Source: Lingula anatina (Eukaryota > Animalia > Brachiopoda). From it: a stretch of 64,000 nucleotides of DNA. The stretch lies in NCBI GenBank assembly GCA_051362555.1, contig CM120644.1, positions 6,208,954 through 6,272,953 on the forward strand, given 5' to 3'. The translations under genes were made by a program, and so were the position numbers. The first letter of the stretch is position 1, and each line of letters starts with the position of its first letter. Shown here in pieces: positions 12,627 to 25,175 of the stretch. The notes beneath the pieces are model-generated. The model was not told where the DNA came from and did no database searches. It saw only the letters and a list, made by a program, of their open reading frames with translations.

Positions 12627-15600
12627 TCACCTTTCGCTGTGGGCTACTTTCACTTTTTTCTCTGCAGGTTCGTCCCATTCTTCGTCAAGTTCGTCCAGCC
12701 AGTCACCCGTTAGCTCTTCATCCACACTCATAACATTGTCTTCATCCTTCAGTCTCTCTGCTGCCAGCTGTTCCCCCTTTACAGTGCTCCCCTTGCTGCC
12801 ATTTGATACAAACTGTAGCATGCTTCTTTGACCTCTAGGATGTTCAGATTTTTGATTGGATGAAGATGCCAGGGTTTGATTGTTGGCGGCACCTTTGTCA
12901 TGAACCTGTGGAATGTCACTTTCCTCCATAAATGATTCTTCAAAATAGGAGAGGATATCTTTCTGTTTCTTGTCCTACAACAGCAAATGATGATGCATTT
13001 ATAATTTTTTTTCTTTATGAAATACTATTACAGTATAAAATAAGCATTGAAGACAGAATCTTCTGGAATAAATGTAAATGAAAGGCTGCTTTTCTTTTAA
13101 TTATCAAATGTCTTCATTGCCTGTGTTTTACAAAAAGTTTCCTTTTCTTACAAAGTTTGTTTGCCTTATATGCAAGCTCATTTCTAAGTTATATGAAAGA
13201 GACCACTGGTGATAACAAAAAAGATTCACTACATGTCAAAGTACGACATATCCAGATTCTAACTCAAAATTATTTTATTTTCATGACTGAATATTTTCTC
13301 ATTTCAAACAATTACTATTTTGGGCTACCTTAAGAACCGTAGTGTCTGCCTCAGAAAAGTCTTCCTTGCTCAGGCCAACCTTGCCCAGCACTGACAGCTT
13401 CTTCTGTACTAAAGGCCTGAAACAGTAGGAGGCTCATTATCCAGGGACAGCCATTTTGTTCTACTAGTTAAATTAAAAATGTTTCTTTTCCTTCCAAAAG
13501 ATTTCAATAACATCAAAACTGACATTTACCAAATATAATTATCTGCCGTCTTCCGTGCCACCAGATAGTGAATGTTGACCGAGTCCTGCTGTCCAATACG
13601 ATGACAGCGATCTTCTGCCTGAACCAGAATCTGAAAAGATTGGCTACATTATTGTGATCAAAAGAAAACACGACTGGTTCTTATATTGTAAATGTGAATG
13701 GTTTCTTTGAGTTGGACAGATAATCTATAATGTTATTAAAGCTTATTAATTGACAAGCCTTTTGGCAATCAGGACCTAAGAGTGGGCTAGTGTTACATAC
13801 TACATATTAACTTAAAAGTAAACTTTTTACTAGCCTGGCGCCTCTCTGGCTAGTGCTTTATATGGTGCTAATTAGTGTTATAAGGAAATACCCTGCTCAC
13901 CAAAACATACGTAATTTGTTACTAAACATACACAAATACAACCAGAGAAACAAATCCAAACCTTTTACGCGGGCACACACACAGAACAGTGAACTAACTA
14001 GTCTTTGGGTCAAGTATGGCCAACCCACTTGAATTCTTCCCCACAGGGTATCTATTCAGTATCTATTAGCAGATTAGACGGCAAGCTTTGTAGTGGGTCG
14101 CCATATTTGACCCTTGGACTACTTAGCCCCCTATTCTGAATGGGGCCATAGACTTACCCCTGGATTCCAGAAGAGTTCAGCAAACACCACCAGGGCAGCG
14201 CTAGTGAGGTTCAGACCAGCGTTGGCAGCAGTGATGGACAATATGGCAACCATGACATCATCACGGGTCTGGAACTTCTGGCAGAAAAAGTTACGCTGCT
14301 CTGGATTAGTCTTCCCATCAATTCTAATGTAGCCATACCTCTGGATACAAAAAATATAATTTAAAAGCATAAAAACAAGTGTGGAAATACTGCTGCAGTG
14401 TATGGCAAACTAAGCTGCAGATGACTTTTGAATAAATTTATGATGGAAGGGGGGGGGGGATATTTCAGTATTATACTTAATGTATTGTGGTACAACTAAA
14501 TTGTTTTTTAAAACATTACACATTTCGTGAACCTATGAAGCAGCACAATATTTTTACATAAAACTGTTCACTTTTTTTACATTAAATTAAAGCTGCACCT
14601 TACGGAGCTTTTAGCCACTCTGTAGCCTTCCAGTGCTACTATGTGTTACTATGAGTGAAACTACTGCTGTTTGGTAAATACCTCTTTCCTCACTGCCTCT
14701 TCTAAGGCATCTAGCACCTCTTTATGGTGGGCAAACACCAGGAACTTGTGGCCGCTTTCCAGTAGGTCTATCACATAATCTCTACAGGTAAATAATAATC
14801 ATAATAAAATATTGTAATAAATAAAATGCAATGGCAATTAACATTACAGTTTTTATTACACAATAATAAAAATTCATTCAGCTAAAACATTAGAAACTGA
14901 TTTCCTTAAACACACCAAAGCTAAAAATATAAAGCAATGAATGAATAAATACAAAGTAAAGGAAATGATAATACAGAATTAAAAATTGTAACCATTGAGG
15001 AAACAAAATAGCAATAAAACTGTGGAAAGAAATAAGTATAAATTCTAACCTCAATTGGTAACTCTGTGGAATGCCATTCACGCAAAAAATGCAGACGTCA
15101 ATTCAACAATCTATCGGCACTATTTAACAGCCAAAGTTCTATATAACTCAATTCAGAGTTTCACCTTAGTATAACTTACTTGCAAATCTATGCAAATTAT
15201 TACTCTACCAAAATTTTTATCTACATAAGTAACCTAATTAACATATCATACTTTAATGTGATGTCTTAACAATTATATTTATTTTACCTGACAGCTTTCA
15301 CTTTTGCCTGTCCTGTGTCATGGAAATACGTCAATAAAAAGCCATGGCGGTCAGACCCCTATAATAAAAAAAAATGCAACAGTTTGCATAAACATCATAA
15401 TAACATTTTTAGTTACCGGGTATGCTATTCGGAATTTTCCATGAAAAAAATGATTTTCTCTTAATATAGTACAGTGACTGTCAATGTAACTCACAAATCA
15501 TTGCTTGATCTGTTCCTGCACTTGGATTCCGTGTTTATACCATTTTAATGAAATGATTTAGTTTTCAAATGCATTTCAGAAGGAAGTATTGACATTTGGT

Positions 15601-18600
15601 ACTTTCACTTGTGGAGGTTTACTAGACTAAGTCATAGTTTAATAAGGTCAAATTGGGAAAGATTAACAGTTCTGAAGGATATGTCGACACAGAAAATTTG
15701 ACTTTGAGACAGTTAAAAAAGAAGAAAGTGAACGTATAATAATAATGTATTTAATACTTAAATATAATAAACATTCAGCATAAGTTTATGGTAATACTAT
15801 GGAACTGTGACATCTTATATTTAATACCTAGCATCAAGTGTATGTGACACATAAAACTTATCTTTCTAGGTCAGTTTGAGGTATTTATGATTAAAGCACA
15901 GCAGTTGAAAGTTTTTCATCACCAATTTATAGGGCACAGTGCATGACATCAGTACATCTTCACAGGTGACACCGGAAACAACAGTATACTCATTATTTCA
16001 TACATGCGGTGAAGGTTTATTCTCTTTAAAACTGAAGGTGGGTTTTTATATTGTTACAGGCATACATTCAATTTGTCTGTTTATAATTTAAACAATTTCC
16101 CCTTAGTCAACAAGTCTAAGTTCTATATTTACCACAAGTAAACTTCTACCGTTTTCATTTCCAATATGAGACAAATACTTGCAACTATGATTTCAATTTC
16201 AGAGTGTGTCTTTAAATAATATGGAAAATACAACCACAAGAAGGCACACATATCTAAACGGGGGAGGGGGAGGGGCATAAATATAACCCAAATTACCCAA
16301 TTTCCAGATAAATCCTGAGGACTTTCTTCTCTTACATACATGCAAGCTTGAAAATAATTCACCTTAATTTTGTTTGAATCCAGCAACTTTGCAGAAGATT
16401 TGAGATTCTTGTCAACCTTCACAAGCTCTGGGTCCAGCACTATCATCTGCCGTCTCTTAGCAGGTAACTGCTGTAACACATCCTTCTTCAGGCGTCTGAA
16501 ATAAAGTAAGTGAAATAAAATTCATATTAAATAAAATAAATGGCATTGTATACAGGTAAATCTAATCTTAAGATTTTAATCACTTAGACTAAGTTGAACA
16601 AGGAAATAAATATCTGGTACTAGGCCACCGTGGTGTTAATATTGGGAATGACACTTAAACAGGCAAATGCTTTCCCCAGAGAGCCAGCCAACCATCATTT
16701 GGATGACCATTGGCCTCAAAAGACAGCCTCTATTTCCAAAGACAGCTTACTAACAAAAAATTAAGTTGTTTGGTTGGTTTGGCTTACTGGGGTTGGACTC
16801 CCTGTAAATTGATGACCATTACAGATTTACATACATGTACTTGTATGTAACTTTGAATCTGTAAGTTTTTTATATGGTAATCAGAGGATTTCAAGCAACT
16901 GTTCATTTTTTGGCAAAAGCATCACAAGGGCTCTAAAATGTATTCAGTTTCCTTTCACATTTTGCTGATACTTCTGTTATATATATATATAATAAATGAT
17001 TTCTTAACATTTAATTAATTATAATATGTCAAGAAGATTTACAAAGGATTGGATCCACTCCTTAGGTCTGTAGCCAAGCAGACGTATGATGACATGGTTG
17101 AACCTGTGGTTTCTGGTTCAAACTTAGAGCGTTTGGTATATCTTTTTTTTTTTTTCAAACATATGAGCACACAACATACTGCAGTTAGTTTATTTTCCCT
17201 AAAGGGTTTCCCACAGACAATCAGAATGGCTAGAATGGAGGATATCCTTCAGAAAAAAACAAGTCCTATAAATGATTTCTTAACACATAAACTGGAAATT
17301 TTCACCCGGCCATGTGACCTAGATCTGTTGCTTCATATTAATTTTGAATATTGAGGTCGGGTGTTTAAAAAACACACTCCTTTTCTCCTAATAACCTGTT
17401 TTATAGCGTTAATAGAGTGGTAAACCTATTTTAACATTGCTAAGTAAACAGACTGATTCTCTACACATTGTTTCCCTAAACTTCAAAAACTGAATTTTTT
17501 TCTGTCCATTTTCCTTTAAGGAAATATATATTCCCTTCCAAATATTAATAATTTGAAAGCTCTTTCATTCTATAACCCTGGCTGTACCTCTGTGAGTTAA
17601 TAGTGTTAGTTGATAGAAAGGTGTAAATTTTGCTTTACTTCAGAAGATATCATGGAACCTCTATGGAAACAGGCCATCCAGAAAAATTACAAGCTTCTGG
17701 TAGATGTCATGAATGCAGATGAACTCTTGCCATACCTGTACCAAAACAATGTCATCAACCACAACCAAATGGAAAAAATCAAGGCTAAAAACAGCCGACC
17801 CGACCAATGTGAGTGTTTGATTGGATATATCCGTAGAACGGACCCAGATTTTGAACCCTATGGGCATTTTGTCAGTGCACTCAGGGAAATAAAACAGAAT
17901 CATTTAGCCAACAGTCTAGAAAGTACATATCAATCATTACAACAGGACTCAAGTGAAGTCACCAACACTGTTCCAACACAAGATGTGACAGACACACTTA
18001 GCTCTGCTCAGTGTAGAACAGATCTGCCATTACAGCAGAACACAGATGACACAATTTTTACCAACAATAACTCTTCCCTTGATAAAGAGCCCCCCTTTAA
18101 TTATGTCACGAAGGTTTACAAAGGATTGGATTCACTCCTTAGGTCCATCACCAAGCAGACGTATGATGACATGGTTGAACCTGTGCTTTCTGGTTCAAAC
18201 TTAGAGCGTTTGGTATATCTTTTTCACTTTGTAGGATACAACATAGCTTGGATCAACATTCTTTTTGTAATGATGCCAGAAGTAATATTCACCATTTTTT
18301 TCACTACAATAGTGCTATGTTGTATTCTAGGTAATTCAACTAAAAACAGCAAAATAATGCCTGTATATGAAGCATTCAAAGACATTGTTTCTCCTTTACA
18401 AAAGGTTTGGGGGACATTATTTGTATCATGTTCATTTGTGGTCAGATATTTTATGTTACCAGCTTTAAAAAATACAGAATTAATCTTTGTTTTTGTACTT
18501 ACAATGCTGCTGATTGTGATACTACTAAGCGTAGAATATGACGTGATGCCCTCAGCTGACATGACAAGATCACCTTTAATTATAATAAATGCACTTGACA

Positions 18601-21600
18601 ATGTATGTTCTCTGATTTTTTTCATTTTCAATACACCTTCGTTTCTTTTAAGCTATCCATTGCTGCACATTGTTTTATGTTCCATTTTGGTATCAGATAT
18701 TAAGACATTTACGTATTCTGGTCAAATGTGATTCTAACAGCATATCCCTAAAAATAATACTGCTACACATTCTTTTAGTATGTGCATTATATATTCACTA
18801 TGTTTTCAAATGATCTTATACTATTACTTTACAGAAATTAGTAAGGTATAGATATAATTTTAATATTTACTTATTTTAATCATTTTGATATCTTTGTTAG
18901 AATACTGATTAATTATCTAGACTATAATGATGACCATGTATATTAATCTTTTAAGATTTCTTGGTTACAGCAATCTGAAGATCAGATGATATAATATAAT
19001 ATTATCCTCTGGTTTAAGTTGGTAGGGCTTTGAAACTTAAAAGTGTGCTCCTGATGAGCCATCTGCAACACAGAACTTGGTCATTTAATTTTTTTTTATA
19101 ATTAAACACCTGGTTAAAGATAATTATTCTATTTTATTAGTCAGCTCCTTATGATGAGTTGAGCATTGTTCAGCATGAATAAGACCATCATTTATAATAT
19201 TGTGGTATATAACATTTAAGTGTCAGTAATAAAATTGGTTGGAATTTTAATGTCAAAGTTCTCTGGTTGTTTTGTTTTCAAACAACTTTAAATAAATATT
19301 ATGCATAATGCACTGAATGTGAACTTCAAGAAGCTGCATTAATTAATTCCTGGACTTGAGTCATTAACAAAAACATTCATTATTTATATATTTATTTATT
19401 TTTCAACATTGTCTGAACAGCATATAAATGTTTATCATCATGAACCAATGAGAGAGAGAGAATAAATGAAGTGGTATATAAGGGTAAAGGCAGACTTATA
19501 AAATGACTTTAGCAACTATGAAACAGAAATATGCCAATCAGTCTTACCTGCAGCAACTAATCAATTTAAAAAATATACTGCAAAACACTGGAATTTTTGT
19601 AGCTTTAATTCCCTTATTTGATATTTTTAATTTCTTGGAAATGTTTAAAAAATGGATTCTTTTATACTTTGTTCTAAAGAATACCCTTCCATATGTCATA
19701 AATCTTTCTTCTCATTAATCACAAATAAAAGTGCAAGAAATGCTAGAACATTATGTTCAATTATTGAAATTATATTACATGTACAAACAAAGAATAAAGA
19801 TACTTCTAAAAGCAGAACTTCCATGTTCAGCATAATGTAGAGTTTGAAACAAAAGTTGTTTGTAGGCAATGCATGCAAAAACACACACACACAAAAAAAA
19901 TAAATAATTCACACGGATGAAAAATTTTTTTTTAATATCACCCCCTATACTCCTGTCCCAGTTAAAATCAATACAATCTGCACCATTGTAATAAATGTTA
20001 CTTCCATTCTCTCCACTAGAGGGCAGCTGGGTGATGATGTCATATTTGTGTAAACATTCTCTAAGGGGGCATTCCCATAGATTTTAGCTTGATCAATCCC
20101 TGTGGGGAATCTCACTAGATTACTGTCAGATAATCCGGCTTAAAAGTCTGTCCCGCCTACTAAAAACTCTAAGGGTGTAATTAACTTCCGTGCGCAGTCG
20201 GCTGACTGCAATTTTACGTGAACCCCCAGGGAGTAAGGTTGATCTAGTAAGATCGATCTAAATCTCTGGGAATGCCCTCTAAGGCTGGTATGAAAATGTG
20301 TGCAGAGCTACAGTAACAAACAGTCACAGAAATTTACTGTGAATATCTAGTGAAAAAATGCTGTGATCCAAGTAGAGGGCAGCACTCCAAACCCAGTGCA
20401 AAACTAACGATAATAAAATTTATCAAATATCCTTACTTTGTCCCCAAAAACTACTGCAACACACACAGCCCTGCATAATTATATGGAGCCCTGGTCAAAT
20501 CTCAATTTCAGTAAATGGGAAATTTCTGTATCCATGTTTTGCGTTACCATAACAGATCAAAGCTTTTTAGGTAAACAATACCCCACAGTACAAAACATTT
20601 CAACATCTGGGTCAAGGCAGTGCCATTATTTACCTGAACTACTGAGTACAAAACTAACAGCAATATAATCTAAACAAAGCCTCTGTTACAAGGTGGCTGA
20701 TATTTTTAGCTAAAAATATACACAAAAAATTCCCAATAAGAAAGATAAGAAAGCTGTTAGCTTTAACTTGGTTGTCTCAGATCAAGCTATCAGAGCTCAG
20801 ATAGACAGCTTGCTGCATTATATGGTAAGTGATTTCTCTGATAATTCAAAGATAAAAAGGGTCCACAGCCAAAATCAACAAAGGCATGCGTAAGGGTACT
20901 TAAGATAGAGTGACACATTTCCTCCTTATTTACTGCCTTACATACATTCTTTTGATAACAGATAAATCTTTGGTGTAATTAACATTTACACACATTTTAA
21001 ATCAGCACAAAGATAGATGCATTATGAAATAATTAGTTTGACCTGGTTTTGTCTGTTTATAACAGGTGTATGATTTTACAGTGGTCAAACTGGTAGATAG
21101 ACAGTAGGATATTAGCAAAGTGACAGTTCTGCTGTTGGGAAAACTGGTGCATGGCTTCACAGTAATGTGCGTGTTGAGGAGATGAAATATATAGTAAAAA
21201 TTTGAGAGCTGCCACACCACAGCTGGTTTGGCAACTGGTCCTTTTTTCCCCACCTTTTGAGGCCTTTGCTTTCATGAGTTAGCTAGCACCACCAGTACAT
21301 ATCAGAATTGTCAACAGGAGTGTTAACGCATGAATTTTTGTGCTAATTCTGGTGGTGATTATTGTATAATTAGTCTTCATATCTTCAGTTTCATCAATGA
21401 CTGTTTAAATTTGATAATAATAATAATAATAATAAAAATAATAATAATAATAATAAATAAATAAATTTCCTTGGCAGGCAATTTAAAATTACTTTTGAAT
21501 CAGGCTCCCACACAATTAACATTATCAACATACCCTAGTATTATTGCTGCTTACACACAATTTTTATGGTTCTTTACCCCAAGTCTTAAAATCATGCAAA

Positions 21601-24600
21601 ATCATCTTAAGTCTCTACTGTATCACTTCTGTTTTCAGGCACATGAAATTTAAAAATAATCAAATAACCAAACTAACACAAATAGTACAAGATAGACAAA
21701 TAAACTACATCTTTTAGGTATTAGTGTTGCGATAACACAATATGGTTGTCAAATTCGAAAACATTACATTTTGGCGAGAAATAAATTCTACTAGCTTATA
21801 TGATTCATACAAAACTTGACGCTTTTAGTTCATTAAAAAATATCTTAAATGTTTTGAATGTTTATTAAGTGTGTACTGACTGAGACAAATTCTCCACCTT
21901 ATTTGTATTATATCAGCTAGATGAGGCAAAGAAAGATATCTAAGTGACTTGTATCATGGCAACAGCAAAAACACACACCGACTCCGACCAGGAGAACTTT
22001 TTCCGCATGAGCATTTTAATTGTAGATTATGCCCTCAAGGTCGTGCAAAATGTTCTCCAGAAAGAGCTAAGAAAAAAGTATCCCAATTTATCTGACACCA
22101 ACACGGGTTTTCTGAATAAGGTGCTTAGTGATAAAACGGTCTGGACCTTACTGCTTGGATTATCACCAAAAATCTTTAATCACCACCAGCGAAACCAACT
22201 GTATCCTGCTGGTAATCCCTCCACATCAGTAACTGTTGGTGATTTAGACCTCACACTGACTGTGCTTTTGCTGAGGAATGTCACTTCGTTGAACCCTCAT
22301 CCTCGGTTGAACGCATGGGACAACCCCTCTGACACAGACCCATCAACAGAGGCCACTATAGGACGAATTAAAAGATATCGAAATACCGTGTATGGCCATG
22401 CAAACAAGGCAGCGATCAGCAATTAAGGACCCTCAGAACTGTTACAAAGACTTTTGTCCAATGGGGACTCAAAATTGTTATGTGTAAACGTATTCACTAA
22501 CTATTTTCAAGAAATTACTTGATTTAATATTTAAATCATCACCAAACAAGGCAAGACACCCAGAAGCCCCCAGGCATTCTCCCCCAATATTGCATATGCA
22601 AAACACTAAAATATTCTGGTTCTTGTAGTGATCACACATGTACAGTATGTAACTTTGAATCTGTGAGTCTTCTGTATGGCCATCAGAGGGTTTCATGCAA
22701 CTGTTCATTTGTTATCAAATTTTTTCAGTCATTTCTGTTTTCAATATTTACCCAAAAATATGAGCACATGAACGAGGCACATGTTCCATATACACTGTAC
22801 CTGTTCAAGGAAGAAATCTACATTCACTCCCTTCCATATATTAAGGCTACTCTTTCACTCCATAGTCCTGCAAGCATATGACCATGTGATTGAACCTCTG
22901 GTTTCAGGCCCCAAAGATTGCAGTTGGACTGCAGTCATTCAACTTAAAAAAGACCCCCCTTAAAAAAATGTTTGATAATTATGAAGTAAAAGAAAGAAAC
23001 CATAACTTGGGAAGCAGCAATTCATTTCACACAAGAATGATAAGATTCTAAATTAACACTAATTTTCAAAATTTGTCTTTTTTTCTCTCCTATTATTAAC
23101 ATATATTGGGTTTCAGAAAAAAAGTAATAAAGGGAATGGATACATATATGGACAGCAATAAATGACAAGCCATGGAATCATGAGAAGTGTTAGTTAGTGA
23201 TGTTCTAAAATTTTGCTTTCCTTCAGAAATCATCATGGCATGTGATCCGTGGAAGCTGGCCATCCAAAAAAACTATCAGCTGCTGGTAGAAAACATGAAT
23301 GTAGATGAACTCTTGCCTTACCTGTACCAGCACCATGTCATCAATGACCATCAACAAGAAAAAATCAGAGTAGAAAAATTCCGTCAAGACCAATGTCATC
23401 TTTTAATTGATTACATTCGTAGAAGTAACCCACAGTGTCACCCCTATAGATATTTTGTCAGTGCACTAAGGAATACAGAACAGAATCATTTAGCTGACAG
23501 TCTGGAAAGAACTTTTGAGTCATTACAACAGGGCTCAAATGAAGCCACCAACACTGTTCTGACACAAGATGTGACAGATGAACCCAGCTCTGCTCATTTT
23601 AAAACAGAACAGCCATTACAACAGAACTCAGTTGCAGAAACCATCAATATTCCTATTCTCCAAACTGATGAAGAAAGGACAGACAGACCTTGCTCTTGTC
23701 AGTATGAGTCAATGCCCAGTCGTGGTTACCATCGCCTGACATGTCACAACTGTTTATCTCTCTATAGCATAGTTCTGTTCATACTGTCCCCAGTCAGATG
23801 TATCTGGCTGAAGTTGAAGAGCATTTATCAAGTACTGAGACCAATCACGCACAATATGTTTATCTATATCAAATATCTTTTTGTTCTGATCCTTTTCAAT
23901 TGTATCAGACCTCCCCTTCACTTCATAGTCCTGAAGGCATATGATCATGTGATTGAACCTCTGGTTTCTGGCTCTAACTCAGAGCGTTTAGTTTATCTCC
24001 TTCATTTGGTAGGGTACAACTTAGCTTACATTTATGTTCTCTTTGTAATGATGCCACCAGCAGCATTTATCATATGGTTCATTACTTTGCTTATAAGTAC
24101 TCTCAGAACATTAAGAAGTACCCATGTACAAATTCCAGTAACATCTGAGACATATATTTTTTTATCAGAAATGTTTGTTGTACGAGTACTTACACTTTTT
24201 TTTTCTGTGGTCACTATCCCTATGCCAAAAAAAAATTACAAGGCATTGGACACTTTCACATTTTCAACATTTCTCATGAATACGCTATTTACATGTACCA
24301 TATGCTTGGCTTTGACCTACCTACCAATATTTTCTTTATCCATAATGAACATATGTTCTCTGGTAAGTTTGGGTGTTGAATATGGGTACTTCTTTAATAA
24401 ATCATTGTTTCTTTCAAGCTATCCACTGCTGCACATTCTGTTATGTTCCATTTTAGTGTCAGGTATTGTAGGCTCACGGCATATTTATGTCTCATTAAGA
24501 CATTTACATTCTATGTTCACATGTGATAACCATAATTTTCACTCACAAAAACTTTTCTTTATCTCTGCAATTTTAATGTTATATATATTAATACTAACAT

Positions 24601-25103
24601 GGGTAAAACTAAGTGATCCTGATAAACTAGAGCCCCTCTTTTATCATTAACCTAAATATAATGATCTTTATACCCACTTGTTTTAATCAGTTTAGTATTC
24701 TTATTATATCACATGCTTTCTTTTCAAGGTAAAGCATGGTAATGCACTTATATAAAGTTAGAACTGGTATGAAACATGTGCAATGCCTTTCTTGTAATAA
24801 AACAAATGCATTTCATTTAACTGGCCTACCACTGATCAATCTTGGAGCAAAGAACTTAAGACTAAAATGTTGATTTAAAAACCAACTTTTAGGCCAAAGT
24901 GTTACGTATGTGTCTGAACCTCTGAGAAATAACGTCCACACCAGTCAATGCATTTCTTGGAACTAACTTTATTATTCACTTTACAAGTCCAGATTAATGC
25001 GCAGTGAGTCGCACCACACAAATAAGTCCTATACATAACATTCCTCCCAACTGAAACGTGAGGTACCACAAATTATGACTGTTACCAACAAAAATATATA
25101 TAA

Positions 25104-25175
<72 letters not shown>

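Noticed and set aside
12305-12713. Poly-proline ORFs
   Set aside because: Produced by the 41-nt poly-C run in the SMARCAL1 3' UTR; homopolymer length is also error-prone.
21956-24650. A single spliced HEPN-CARD-TM fusion protein
   Set aside because: No convincing donor between the HEPN motif and its stop at 22424-22426, and CARD-TM2 has its own atcATGG start; only long-read cDNA could revive this.
17652-24650. CARD-TM genes as MAVS orthologs or caspases
   Set aside because: MAVS has one C-terminal TM rather than many; no QACRG or caspase domain is present.
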